Shown here one piece after another: positions 17,768 through 29,019 of a stretch of DNA of 64,000 nucleotides (the stretch's first letter is position 1; each line of letters starts with the position of its first letter). Source of the DNA: Candidatus Latescibacterota bacterium (GTDB lineage Bacteria; Latescibacterota; UBA2968; UBA8231); contig OZ220089.1 of the NCBI GenBank assembly GCA_964291625.2, positions 256,001-320,000 on the forward strand, in the 5' to 3' direction. The position numbers were made by a program, and so were the translations under genes. The notes under the pieces are model-generated. The model searched no databases. It saw only the letters and a program-made list of their open reading frames with translations, and was not told the origin of the DNA.

Positions 17768-20056
17768 GTGAGCCCCCTCTTGACGACCCCCCGGATCGCC
17801 ATCGACGAAGCGCCCCCCCGCAACGGGGAGGAGCTGCCGGAGCGCCCGGGCCCCACCAACCTCGAGGCCCTGCTCGAGGACTCGCGGGACCACCTGCAGC
17901 TTCAGATGCTGCTCATCGAGGTCGCCTCGTGCAACGAGTCCGCCGACTTCGACCTGGTTGCGCGCGCCTACCACTTCGCGCACCAGGCCCACGCCGGCCA
18001 GATCCGCAAGTCGGGGGAACCCTTCCTCCAGCACATCGTCGAGGTGGCTCGAATCCTCGCCCAGCTGCGCCTCGACACGACCACCGTCGCCGCCGGCCTG
18101 CTCCACGACGTGGTCGAGGATACGGAGGTCACCCAGGACCAGATCGAGTCCCGGTTCGGGTCCAAGATCTCGGCCCTCATCGACGGGGTCACCAAGATCG
18201 AGCGCTTCCAGCTCGAGAGCCGCGAGGCCCGCCAGGCCGAGACCTTTCGCAAGATGCTGCTTTCCATGGTCGAGGACATCCGGGTCATCCTGGTCAAGTT
18301 CGCCGACCGGCTGCACAACATGCGCACCCTGGACGCCCTCGACGACCACCAGCGCCAGCGCATCTCCCACGAAACCCTGGAGGTCTATGCGCCCCTGGCC
18401 CACCGGCTGGGCCTGGCCCGGATCCGCTGGGAGCTGGAGGACCGCAGCCTCAAGCATCTCGAGCCCGCGTTCTACCGTGAGATCCGGGAGAAGGTGGCCA
18501 TGCGGCGCGAGGAGCGGGAGCGCCTGATCGACGGCTTCAAGACGCCCCTGGCCGAGGAGCTGACCCGCAGCGGCATCGAGGCCGAGATCACCGGGCGTCC
18601 GAAGAACTTCTACAGCATCTACAACAAGATGCGCAGCCGGGTGAAGCCCTTCGAGGAGATCTACGACCTCACGGCGGTGCGCATCATCGTCGGCACCGTG
18701 CGCGAGTGCTACCACACCCTCGGCCTGGTGCACACCCTCTACCGACCGATCCCCGACCGCTTCAAGGACTACATCGCCACGCCGAAGACCAATATGTACC
18801 AGTCCCTGCACACCACCGTCATCGGCCCCCAGGGCATGTCGGTGGAAGTGCAGATCCGCACCTGGGAGATGCACCACACGGCGGAGATCGGCATCGCCGC
18901 CCACTGGCGCTACAAGGGAGGCGGGGCCGGGGAGAGCAGCGACCTCGACCAGCAGATGAACTGGCTGCGCCAGGTCCTCGACTGGCAGCGGGACGCCACC
19001 GACCCCGTGGAGTTCATGGAGAACCTGAAGATCGAGCTCTTCCAGGACGAGATCTTCGTCTTCACCCCCAAGGGGGATCTCCACCAGCTGCCGAAGGAGG
19101 CGACCCCCATCGACTTCGCCTTCGCCATCCACACCGACATCGGCCTCCATTGCCTCACCGCCAAGGTGGACGGCCAGATCGTGCCCCTGAGCACGCCCCT
19201 GACCAGCGGCGCCACGGTGCAGATCATCACCTCGCCCCACCAGAAGCCGAATCCGTCCTGGCTCGAGATGGTCAAGACCGCCAAGGCCCGCCAGGCGATC
19301 CGCCGCTGGGTGAAGGAGGAGCGGCTCTCCCAGAGCGTTCGCCTCGGCCAGGAGATCCTCGAGCACGAGCTGAAGCGCTACCGCCACCGCGCCGGCAGCG
19401 AGGCCCTCGAGGAGCTGGCGGCGGAGCTCAAGCTGGCCGACACCGAGCACCTCTACGCGGCCATCGGCTCCGGCGACCTGTCGGTGAGCCGCGCCGTCAA
19501 CCGCCTCGTGCCGAATCCGCCGAAGCGGCGGGTGAGGCCGCTGATCCGCGACCGGCGGGGCATCCGCATCCAGGGCATGAACGACATGATGATCCACTTC
19601 GGGAAGTGCTGCACTCCGATCCCCGGGGACCCGATCATCGGCCTCATCACCCGGGGCCGGGGGCTGTCGGTGCATCGCACGGACTGCCCCAACTTCGCCG
19701 ACCTCGCCGAGGACCCGGAGAGCCTCACGCCGGTGGCCTGGGACCTCGAGGAGGAACAGGCCTTCACGGTGCAGCTCCTCGTGCGCGGGCATGACCGCAA
19801 GTACTTCCTCTCCGACGTGACCCGAATCATCTCCGACACGGGGGCCAACATCGTCAGTTGCGAGACCCGGACCCTGGCTCACGTCGTGGAGGAGACGTTC
19901 CGGATCGACGTGCACGACTCCCGGCAGCTGCAGAAGATGGTGAAGAAGCTGCGCGGCGTGGAAGGCGTCACCGAGGTGCAGCGCGTCGACAAGGTTGCCG
20001 TGGAGGGGCCGAAGGACCCCGACGGGGAGGCCTGGAGTTCCGACGAGCGCCGGTGA
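17768..20056 (+). CDS. relA: Bifunctional (p)ppGpp synthetase/hydrolase (long RSH, Rel/SpoT)
   Basis: Intact HD motif (LLHDVVEDT), KFADRLHNMRTL, GRPKNFYSIYNKM, RFKDYIATPK, YQSLHTTV, EVQIRT, TGS (FVFTPKG), KCCTPIPGD and a C-terminal ACT domain. Confidence 0.97.
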   Translation: MSPLLTTPRIAIDEAPPRNGEELPERPGPTNLEALLEDSRDHLQLQMLLIEVASCNESADFDLVARAYHFAHQAHAGQIRKSGEPFLQHIVEVARILAQLRLDTTTVAAGLLHDVVEDTEVTQDQIESRFGSKISALIDGVTKIERFQLESREARQAETFRKMLLSMVEDIRVILVKFADRLHNMRTLDALDDHQRQRISHETLEVYAPLAHRLGLARIRWELEDRSLKHLEPAFYREIREKVAMRREERERLIDGFKTPLAEELTRSGIEAEITGRPKNFYSIYNKMRSRVKPFEEIYDLTAVRIIVGTVRECYHTLGLVHTLYRPIPDRFKDYIATPKTNMYQSLHTTVIGPQGMSVEVQIRTWEMHHTAEIGIAAHWRYKGGGAGESSDLDQQMNWLRQVLDWQRDATDPVEFMENLKIELFQDEIFVFTPKGDLHQLPKEATPIDFAFAIHTDIGLHCLTAKVDGQIVPLSTPLTSGATVQIITSPHQKPNPSWLEMVKTAKARQAIRRWVKEERLSQSVRLGQEILEHELKRYRHRAGSEALEELAAELKLADTEHLYAAIGSGDLSVSRAVNRLVPNPPKRRVRPLIRDRRGIRIQGMNDMMIHFGKCCTPIPGDPIIGLITRGRGLSVHRTDCPNFADLAEDPESLTPVAWDLEEEQAFTVQLLVRGHDRKYFLSDVTRIISDTGANIVSCETRTLAHVVEETFRIDVHDSRQLQKMVKKLRGVEGVTEVQRVDKVAVEGPKDPDGEAWSSDERR

Positions 20057-20085
20057 CCGCCGCCGCGTCCGGCACCGGGAGGCCG

Positions 20086-20115
20086 TTGACACGATGCGCG
20101 GAGCCCGGGTACCTT
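20086..20115 (+). promoter_or_regulatory. Probable sigma70 promoter of hisC
   Basis: TTGACA (20086-20091), 18-bp spacer, TACCTT (20110-20115), 27 bp before the ATG. Confidence 0.55.
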
Positions 20116-20142
20116 GCCGCCGGTTCCGCTCGCACCCGGCCC

Positions 20143-21198
20143 ATGACCCCCTTCCTCCCCCACATCGCCGGCATGGCCGGATACCTCCCCGGCGAGCAGC
20201 CCGCCGACGGCGAGTACCTCAAGCTCAACACCAACGAGAACCCCTACCCGCCGTCGCCGCTGGTCCTGGCGAGGCTGCGCGCCGCCCTCGACGGCCGCCT
20301 GCGCCGCTATCCCGACGCCGCCGCCACCGGGGTTCGCCGGCGTCTGGCGGCCCTCTTCGGCCGCGACGAGGATCAATTCCTGGTCGGCAACGGCTCCGAC
20401 GAGCTGCTCAACGTCGCCGTGCGCTGCTTTGCCGGCGCCGCCGACGGGGTCGCCTTCGCCACGCCGACCTACCCCTACTACGCCAAGCTCGTGGAGCTGC
20501 AGGACGCCCGCCGGGTGGCCATCGAGTTCGACGATGACTTCGCCCTGCCGGCGTCTCTCTCCGCTGCCGACGCCCGGCTGACCCTGGTGCCCAACCCGAA
20601 CTCTCCCTCGGGGACGGTCGTGGCCCGCGAGGATCTCGAGTCCCTGGCCGCCGGCCTGTCCGGCATCCTTCTCATCGACGAGGCCTACGTCGACTTCGCC
20701 CGCGGGGGCGCCCTCGATCTCGTGGGCCGCCACGCCAACGTGATCGTCGCCCGCACTCTGTCCAAGTCCTTCTCCCTCGCCGGACTCCGCATCGGCTTCT
20801 GCGTCGCCTCCCCCGAGGTGGTCCGCGGGATGGGCAAGGTGAAGGAGCACTACAACATCAACACCCTGAGCCAAGTCGCCGCCGAGGCCGCCCTCGAAGA
20901 TGTCGACTGGATGCGGAGGAACGCCCGCCGGGTCGCCGCCACCCGGTCGCGCCTGACCGGAGCCCTCCGCGGGCACGGCTGTCACGTCTGGGAGTCGGAG
21001 GCCAACTTCGTCCTCGCCCGGATGCCCTCCGGCGCCGACGCGGGGAGGATCGCCTCGGAGTTGAGGCGGCGCCGCATCCTGGTCCGCTACTTCGGCGGCG
21101 ATCCGAGGCTCAGCGACTGCCTGCGCATCTCCGTCGGCACCGACTCGGAGATCGACCGGCTGCTCCAGGAGCTCCACGGGTTGATGCGGAAGGCCTGA
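20143..21198 (+). CDS. hisC: Histidinol-phosphate aminotransferase
   Basis: YLPGEQP, KLNTNENPYPPSP, GNGSDE, NPNSPSG, DEAYVDF, RTLSKSFSLAGLRIG and LRISVGT. Confidence 0.95.
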   Translation: MTPFLPHIAGMAGYLPGEQPADGEYLKLNTNENPYPPSPLVLARLRAALDGRLRRYPDAAATGVRRRLAALFGRDEDQFLVGNGSDELLNVAVRCFAGAADGVAFATPTYPYYAKLVELQDARRVAIEFDDDFALPASLSAADARLTLVPNPNSPSGTVVAREDLESLAAGLSGILLIDEAYVDFARGGALDLVGRHANVIVARTLSKSFSLAGLRIGFCVASPEVVRGMGKVKEHYNINTLSQVAAEAALEDVDWMRRNARRVAATRSRLTGALRGHGCHVWESEANFVLARMPSGADAGRIASELRRRRILVRYFGGDPRLSDCLRISVGTDSEIDRLLQELHGLMRKA

Positions 21199-21214
21199 AC
21201 CGCCCCTCCGGGTG

Positions 21215-21742
21215 CTACCGCCGCCCGGCCTCCCGCACCCGCTTCAGGGCGTCCACCTCCGACATCCTCAGACCGACGCGGCGCGAGATCTCGGCCGTTG
21301 ACAGGCCCTGCTCGAGCATCTCGCGGGCCCGGCGGTAGGCCTCCCCCCCGGGATCCGGGAATCCCTCCGGCCGGCGCTGCGCGGTCCCGGAAGCCCTGGC
21401 CGCCCGGCCCTCCCCCGTGGCCCCCGCGAGGCGAGGCCCCGTCTCGGCCGGCCTCGGAGGCGGGACGGTGCCGGCGGCCTTCGGGGAGGCCGTCGATCCG
21501 GGGACCCGGGGCGGGGCGGGCCCTGAGGGGGGCGGTTGTTCGAGAGTCCGGCAGAGGTCGGACAGGCGTTGGCCCAGATTGTGCAGGCTCCGGTGCTGAC
21601 CCTCCAGGAGGGTCAACCGCCGGTCCAGCTCGCGCTTCTGTTCCCGCAACCAGGACCGGAACCAGAAAGCCAGGGTCCCGGCGAGGATCAGGAAGAGCAG
21701 ATCGAGGAGGATCTGGCGCAGGGCGGAGTCAGGAAGGTTCAC
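21215..21742 (-). CDS. Hypothetical membrane-anchored protein with coiled coil, Pro-rich linker and C-terminal HTH-like (DUF2802-like) domain
   Basis: N-terminal TM; AYRRAREMLEQGLSTAEISRRVGLRMSEVDAL. Confidence 0.6.
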   Translation of the reverse strand: MNLPDSALRQILLDLLFLILAGTLAFWFRSWLREQKRELDRRLTLLEGQHRSLHNLGQRLSDLCRTLEQPPPSGPAPPRVPGSTASPKAAGTVPPPRPAETGPRLAGATGEGRAARASGTAQRRPEGFPDPGGEAYRRAREMLEQGLSTAEISRRVGLRMSEVDALKRVREAGRR

Positions 21743-21775
21743 CGGACCAATATACCCCCGTACCCCGCAAACCCG

Positions 21776-22777
21776 CTATCGATCATCCGCTGGAGGGATC
21801 CTCCCGGGGGCTGCAGCAGGTCCGATGCGGTCCCGCACCGGCGGCGTCCGGCCGCCCCGCTGATGGAGGCTGGCCAGCATGTCCCCCAACAGACCGGTGG
21901 AGAACAACTGGAATCCCACGATGATCAGCAGGATGGCGAGCATCAACAGGGGATGGCGGTTCTGGATCGTGCCGGTCTGCCACCACAGGTTCGTGATGTA
22001 TGCGCCGATGGCGCCGCCCGCGATCGTGCTCAGCAGCCCGAGGGAGCCGAAGAGATGCATGGGCGTCGACATGAAGCGGACCACGAAGGTGATGGACAAC
22101 AGGTCGAGGAGACCGTTCAGGAGGCGCCGGGTGCCGAACTTGGAACGCCCGAAGCGGCGGGGATGGTGGGTCACCGGCAGCTCGGCGACGCGGTACCCGG
22201 CCCAGTGGGCGATGGCGGGCAGGAACCGGTAGAGCTCCCCGTACAGGTAGGGCAGGGCCTCCTCCACCACCTCTCGCCGGTACAACTTGAGGCCGCAGTT
22301 GAAGTCGTGCAGGCGGATGCCGGAGACGGCCGACGTGATCAGGTTGAAGAGCTTCGACGGCAGGGTCTTGGTGAGGGGATCGCGGCGCTTCCTCTTCCAT
22401 CCCGACACCAGGTCCCGGCCGCCCTCCGCCTCGAGGGCAACCAGCAGGTTGGGGATCTCCGCCGGATCGTCCTGCAGGTCCGCGTCCAGGGTCGCCACCA
22501 GCCGGCCCCTGGCTTCCTTGAAGCCGAGGGCCAGGGCCGCGGCCTTGCGGTAGTTGCGGCGGAAGCGGACCGCCCGCAGCCACCCGTAGCTTCCGGAGAG
22601 CCGTGCGAGCACCTCGAAGGAGCCGTCGGTGCTGCCGTCGTCGACGAAGACCACCTCGAAGGTGAGGCCCTGGCCGGAGAGGGCGGCCTCGACCTGCTCG
22701 CACAGAGGCTCGAGGCTCTCCTCCTCGTTGTACAGGGGAACCACGATGGTCAGATCGATGGGGCCATCCGCAGACAT
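21776..22777 (-). CDS. GT2 glycosyltransferase (DPM1/ArnC-like polyprenol-phosphate glycosyltransferase)
   Basis: SD AGAGGAG; IVVPLYNEEES, VDDGSTD, TLDADLQDDP, HDFNCGLKLYR; two C-terminal TMs. Confidence 0.92.
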   Translation of the reverse strand: MSADGPIDLTIVVPLYNEEESLEPLCEQVEAALSGQGLTFEVVFVDDGSTDGSFEVLARLSGSYGWLRAVRFRRNYRKAAALALGFKEARGRLVATLDADLQDDPAEIPNLLVALEAEGGRDLVSGWKRKRRDPLTKTLPSKLFNLITSAVSGIRLHDFNCGLKLYRREVVEEALPYLYGELYRFLPAIAHWAGYRVAELPVTHHPRRFGRSKFGTRRLLNGLLDLLSITFVVRFMSTPMHLFGSLGLLSTIAGGAIGAYITNLWWQTGTIQNRHPLLMLAILLIIVGFQLFSTGLLGDMLASLHQRGGRTPPVRDRIGPAAAPGRIPPADDR

Positions 22778-22938
22778 CGCCACTCCTCTTCGAGCCGGCC
22801 TCGTGGCCGCGGGATCTCCCTGGACTCCGTGCATGGTTCCAAGATAAGGCAGGAGAGAGGGCGGGGCTCCCATGGGATCAGACCCCGTCAGCCTCCCGTC
22901 ACTATACTCTCTCAGGTCCTCACCTGCCCCCGGATGAC

Positions 22939-24357
22939 GTGATCCCACTCGCCCCCGACGCCCACGTCCACCTGATCGCGGCCTGCGGCACGGCCATGGG
23001 CTCCCTGGCCGGAATGCTGAAGAGCCGCGGCCATCGCGTCACCGGATCGGACCGCAACGTCTACCCGCCCCTGAGCGACTTCCTCCGGGCCGAGGGCATC
23101 CACCTCTTCGAGGGATTCGACCCGGGGAACATCGATCCCGCGCCTGACCTCGTCGTCGTGGGCAACGCTGTCTCCCGAGGCAATCCCGAGCTGGAGGCCG
23201 TCCTCGACGCCGGACTTCCCTACACCAGTCTTCCCGAGATCCTGCGCGACCTGTTCCTGGCCGGCCGCCGGCCGATCGTCATCACGGGCACCCACGGGAA
23301 GACCACGACGACGGCGATGGCCGCTTTTCTGCTGCGGTCCGGGGGGCTCGATCCCTCCTGGCTCGTGGCCGGCCTGCCGCGGGACCTGGATCGCCCCTAC
23401 CATCTGGGCGGGGACCCCTGGTTCGTCATCGAGGGAGACGAGTACGACAGCGCCTACTTCGCCAAGACGGCGAAGTTCCTGTACTACCGCCCCCATCTGC
23501 TCATCATCAACAACATCGAGTTCGACCACGCCGACATCTACCGCGACCTGGACGAGATCCGCCGAGCCTTCCGGCAGGTCGTCAACCAGGTGCCGCGCAC
23601 CGGCCTGATCCTTGCCAACGGAGACGATCCCGTCGTCGCCGAGACCGTCGCCCAAGCCCCTGCTCCGGTGGAGACCTTCGGTCTGGGCTCCCACAACCAC
23701 TGGCGGGCCCTCGAGGTGGAGAGCGGCCAGCGCGGGCAGTCCTTCGACCTCGTACGTGGCGGGCAGCCCTGCGGCCGCCCGCGGCTGTCCCTCGGCGGCG
23801 AGCACAACCTGCGCAATGCCCTCGGAGCGTTGGCGGCGGCGGCTTTCACCGGAGCCGACCTGGAACTTTGTGGCGCGGCCCTGCCCGGCTTTGTCGGCGT
23901 GAGCCGCAGGCAGGAGCACCTCGGCACCATCGGCGAAGTCCGGCTCATCGACGACTTCGCCCACCATCCCACGGCGGTGGCCCAGACCCTGGCCGGCCTT
24001 CGGCGGTCCTTTCCCGGGGGCCGGCTCTGGGCCGTCTTCGAGCCCGCCAGTGCCTCGAACGCGCGGGCCACCTTCGAGGCCCTCTACGTCCAGGCCTTTG
24101 CCAAGGCCGACGCCGTCATCCTCGGGGCGGTTCCGCGGCCGGAGCGCAGCGGCGAGGAGGAACCGTTCTCACCGGATCGCCTCGCCGGTCACCTGCGGAC
24201 GCGGGGCGTCGAAGCCCGGCACCTGCCCTCGCCCGAGGCGATCGCCGCGCACCTGGCCGACCACGCGGCCCGGGGCGATACGGTGCTGTTCATGAGCAAC
24301 GCCGGCTTCGGCGGCGTGCAGCAGCTGACGGCGGAAGCCCTGCGCCGCCGGAGCTGA
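22939..24357 (+). CDS. mpl: UDP-MurNAc:L-Ala-gamma-D-Glu-meso-DAP ligase (murein peptide ligase, MurC family)
   Basis: CGTAMGSLA, VYPPLS, GNAVSRGNPE, GTHGKTTT, EGDEYDSAYFAK, NNIEFDHADIY and DDFAHHPTA. Confidence 0.9.
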   Translation: MIPLAPDAHVHLIAACGTAMGSLAGMLKSRGHRVTGSDRNVYPPLSDFLRAEGIHLFEGFDPGNIDPAPDLVVVGNAVSRGNPELEAVLDAGLPYTSLPEILRDLFLAGRRPIVITGTHGKTTTTAMAAFLLRSGGLDPSWLVAGLPRDLDRPYHLGGDPWFVIEGDEYDSAYFAKTAKFLYYRPHLLIINNIEFDHADIYRDLDEIRRAFRQVVNQVPRTGLILANGDDPVVAETVAQAPAPVETFGLGSHNHWRALEVESGQRGQSFDLVRGGQPCGRPRLSLGGEHNLRNALGALAAAAFTGADLELCGAALPGFVGVSRRQEHLGTIGEVRLIDDFAHHPTAVAQTLAGLRRSFPGGRLWAVFEPASASNARATFEALYVQAFAKADAVILGAVPRPERSGEEEPFSPDRLAGHLRTRGVEARHLPSPEAIAAHLADHAARGDTVLFMSNAGFGGVQQLTAEALRRRS

Positions 24358-24500
24358 TCCCGCCTTCCTCCACCCCATCAGGGACGCCCGGAAGCGAGAC
24401 TCCCGGCAGCGAGTGGGTGTCTCCGTCGCCGGGAGTGTGAGCAGGCGGCCACGTTCCGGCGCTTCCTCCAGCGGTTCGACAACCCCCTGAATTCGCTCCA

Positions 24501-24546
24501 GAACAATGAGTTGCGGAATCACCCCAGAGCCGGCACGGGAGTTGCA
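24501..24546 (+). promoter_or_regulatory. Sigma54 (-24/-12) promoter with upstream IHF-like site
   Basis: CGGCACGGGAGTTGCA (24531-24546) gives GG-N10-GC and closely matches TGGCACG-N4-TTGC. GAACAATGAGTTG (24501-24513) resembles WATCAA-N4-TTR with two mismatches. Confidence 0.65.
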
Positions 24547-24612
24547 CCGAGACGGGCCCGGCAGGCGGAAGGTCCTTCGCCCGCCCCCACCCCTTTCCCG
24601 GAGGCATTCCCC

Positions 24613-25284
24613 ATGCTGACTCGAGTGTTGCGCATCTCCCCCTGGCTGGCCGGCTGGCTCATCCTCACCGGCGCCGGCTCCGCTGGCGGCGAGCCGGGGC
24701 CCGTCGTCGTGAGCGAGTTGATGTGGGCGGGAAGCTCCGCCTCCAGCTCCGACGAGTGGATCGAGCTCTACAACCGCGGCTCCGACACGGTGAACCTCGC
24801 CGGCTGGACGATCACCCGCGGCGACGGCGAGGACGAGCGCCTGATGGTCCTCATCGAGTCCGGCCAGCTGCCGCCGGGCGGGGTCTTCCTGATCTCCAAC
24901 TACGGCCACGAGGACGAACGCTCCCGCCTGGCGGCGGCACCCTCCCTCGTCGACCCGCAGGTCTCCCTGCCCAACAGCAAGCTCCGTCTCCGCCTCTACG
25001 ACGGTCCCCCCGAGTCGGGAGCCGTCATCGACCTGGTCGACGACGGAAAGGGCGCACCCTTCGGCGGCCTGAGCGGTGATATGAAAGCGGCCATGGTGCG
25101 GACCGACCTGGAGGCCCCGGGGGACGAGAAGAGTTCGTGGACCACGGCCACCGCAGCCAGCGGATGGGACCCGGGGGCCACCGAGCTCGGCACCCCCGGT
25201 ACCATGCCCGGCGAGCAGTCCTCGACGGAGATTCCCACCAACGTATGGGCCGTCGCCTGGGGGACGATCAAGCACGGGCTCTGA
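24613..25284 (+). CDS. Secreted lamin-tail-domain (LTD) protein with C-terminal WGxIK motif
   Basis: Signal peptide; VVVSELMWAGS...DEWIELYN...VNLAGWTI; GTPG; ends VAWGTIKHGL. Confidence 0.85.
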   Translation: MLTRVLRISPWLAGWLILTGAGSAGGEPGPVVVSELMWAGSSASSSDEWIELYNRGSDTVNLAGWTITRGDGEDERLMVLIESGQLPPGGVFLISNYGHEDERSRLAAAPSLVDPQVSLPNSKLRLRLYDGPPESGAVIDLVDDGKGAPFGGLSGDMKAAMVRTDLEAPGDEKSSWTTATAASGWDPGATELGTPGTMPGEQSSTEIPTNVWAVAWGTIKHGL

Positions 25285-25336
25285 GAGCCGCGTCCGCCGA
25301 CCGAGGTTCGTATCTTCCTGCAATCGGCATCTCGCA

Positions 25337-25371
25337 GCCCCGCCGCCCCGCAACCCGGATGGCGGCGGGGC
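25337..25371. other. GC-rich inverted repeat (11-bp stem) between the LTD and CRTAC1-like genes
   Basis: GCCCCGCCGCC (25337-25347) pairs with GGCGGCGGGGC (25361-25371); no U-tract. Confidence 0.5.
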
Positions 25372-25398
25372 CAGCACGACTACACCAGGGCCATCTCT

Positions 25399-27113
<1,715 letters not shown>

Positions 27114-27114
<1 letters not shown>

Positions 27115-27158
27115 AAAGAACGCAAACGAGCCCGGCCGCAAGGCGCGGGCGGGCTCGT
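27114..27158 (-). terminator. Intrinsic terminator closing the minus-strand PorV-TPR-ExbBD-DUF4159 unit
   Basis: Stem ACGAGCCCG (27126-27134) / CGGGCTCGT (27150-27158), followed on the minus strand by TTGCGTTCTTTT. Confidence 0.6.
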
Positions 27159-27180
27159 CAGGCGGGACCGGCGGCTCCGG

Positions 27181-28521
27181 CTACTGGGCGTACTGACTGA
27201 CGTTGGCGATGCCGCCGGGCTGGGTCAGGGCGAAGACGATCAGGTTGACCCCGAACTGGAGGCCGCGCTCCCGGGCATCGGCATTCGGATCGCCCCAGAA
27301 CCAACTGATGTTGAGGTCGGAGAAGATCACGGCCACCCGGCCCCGAAGCTCGAGCATCTCGAGGTCGAAGACGTTGCCGCCGGGCGCTCCTCCCTTGGGA
27401 GGTCCGTCGCCGAAGTCGTAGAAGCTGGAGAACAGGGAGTGGTTCTTCTCGACCCGCTGCCACCGGGCGCCGTCGCCGGAGAGGACCTTCTCGTCCTTCA
27501 TGAGCGACTTGAACTGGCGGTCGAAGATGGTGCCCGCCGTGCCCGCCCCCGTGCCCTCCAGGCTGCCCTCCGAGTTGGCATGGCGGATCTCCTCCGCGAA
27601 GAGGAAGCCGCCCTGGCGGAGGTACTCTCCCAGGTTCTCCTTCTCCGTGGAGGAAAACTGGAAGATGGCGTTGTTCCCGGTCATGTAGAGGAACGGTTCC
27701 TTGAAGATCTGCGAGTCGCTCAGACGCAGCGTCACCCCCTCGATGCGGGCGTTGATGCGCGTATGGTCGCGCATGTAACGCATCAACTCCTCGACGGCGG
27801 TGGGGAAGCGGTCCGTGCTCTTGTTGGCCAGGTCGTAGTCCATGACGCTCATGTTGAAGAACCCGCGGATGTTGCGCTTGTTCTCCGGGTCCTGGATCAG
27901 GATCGCCTGGTAGCGGCCGAAGTCGAGATCCTGGACGTTGAGCAACTCCTGCTTCAGACTCAGGGCCTCCTGAACGGGGGCCGCCGTCTCCGTGAGCTCG
28001 ATCATCTCGACCTCGTCGAAGGCCAGATCCTCCGCCTTGGCCCCGGAGAACGCGCCCAGCACCTGGCTGCCGGGCAGCACCGCACCGAGGAGGTCGGAAC
28101 CGATGGCGCTCACGTCGGCGATGGCGGTGATGTCGGTGGGCAGATCCGGCGGCGACAGCGACGCCAGCATTTCCATCTGCACCTCCGAGATCTCGGGCTG
28201 CTTGGCCAGGTCGAAGTTCTTCTCGAGGATCGGCGGCGGCGCCTGGAAGCGGATCAGCTTCGCCTCCTCCTCGGTGACCTGCTGCTCGTAGTACCAAGCG
28301 ACGCCCCAGGCGACGGCCTCGATGACTATGGCCACCGCGAGACTCACGAACAGGGCCGCCCGCCGGCCCGCCGTGGCCCGCCAGAGGACGTAGACCAGCA
28401 CGGCACCAACGAGAGCGTTGAGCCCCAGCACCTGGGTCTTCGAGAAGAACCCGATGATGACGACATGAAGGAAGACAGCGATCCCGAAGGAGCCGTACAG
28501 TATCTTTCTACGCTCTTCCAC
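27181..28521 (-). CDS. DUF4159-domain protein with N-terminal membrane anchor (TonB-like His-containing TM) and extended linker
   Basis: SFGIAVFLHVVIIG; C-terminal PFLYMTG...FSSTEKENLGEYLRQGGFLFAE...HSLFSSFYDF...GRVAVIFS...GVNLIVFALT. Confidence 0.8.
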   Translation of the reverse strand: MEERRKILYGSFGIAVFLHVVIIGFFSKTQVLGLNALVGAVLVYVLWRATAGRRAALFVSLAVAIVIEAVAWGVAWYYEQQVTEEEAKLIRFQAPPPILEKNFDLAKQPEISEVQMEMLASLSPPDLPTDITAIADVSAIGSDLLGAVLPGSQVLGAFSGAKAEDLAFDEVEMIELTETAAPVQEALSLKQELLNVQDLDFGRYQAILIQDPENKRNIRGFFNMSVMDYDLANKSTDRFPTAVEELMRYMRDHTRINARIEGVTLRLSDSQIFKEPFLYMTGNNAIFQFSSTEKENLGEYLRQGGFLFAEEIRHANSEGSLEGTGAGTAGTIFDRQFKSLMKDEKVLSGDGARWQRVEKNHSLFSSFYDFGDGPPKGGAPGGNVFDLEMLELRGRVAVIFSDLNISWFWGDPNADARERGLQFGVNLIVFALTQPGGIANVSQYAQ

Positions 28522-28551
28522 TTTCCGTTCCCCGTGGCTTGTTCAACTGAT

Positions 28552-28575
28552 CCCCGCCGGCAAGGGCCGGCGGGG
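28552..28575. other. Perfect 10-bp hairpin between exbD and the DUF4159 gene (attenuator or mRNA stabiliser)
   Basis: CCCCGCCGGC-AAGG-GCCGGCGGGG. Confidence 0.55.
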
Positions 28576-28587
28576 CGTTGGGGTCGA

Positions 28588-28995
28588 CTACTTCCCTCTC
28601 TGCGGCTCCGTGGCGATGATCTGGTCGACCACCCCCACCTGACGAGCGATATCCATGATCTGCACGATCTGGCCATGGGTGGCGCGCTCGTCGCCCTGGA
28701 TGATGATCATCGTCGTGTTGTCCAGGATCTGACGCTTCTCCTGGATCCGGTCCTTCAGGTTGGCGAAGGTCACGGTCTGGTGATTCAGCTTCATGTTGCC
28801 GTCCTGATCGACGACGATGAACAGGTTCTCCTTCTCGGGCGCCTGCGCCTCCTCCGCCTCGGGCAGTTTGATGTCGAGACCCGGGGTGATGGCGAAGACC
28901 GCCGTCACCATGAAGAAGATCAGCAGCTGGAACACCACGTCGATCATCGGCGTAAGGTCCGGCTTCTCGTCGTAGCGCCTTTTTTCCTGTGCCAT
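28588..28995 (-). CDS. exbD: ExbD/TolR family protein
   Basis: DLTPMIDVVFQLLIFFMVT with the conserved TM Asp; IIIQGDERATHGQIVQIMD. Confidence 0.93.
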   Translation of the reverse strand: MAQEKRRYDEKPDLTPMIDVVFQLLIFFMVTAVFAITPGLDIKLPEAEEAQAPEKENLFIVVDQDGNMKLNHQTVTFANLKDRIQEKRQILDNTTMIIIQGDERATHGQIVQIMDIARQVGVVDQIIATEPQRGK

Positions 28996-29019
28996 TATTC
29001 GGCCTCCGAGCCCCCCCGG

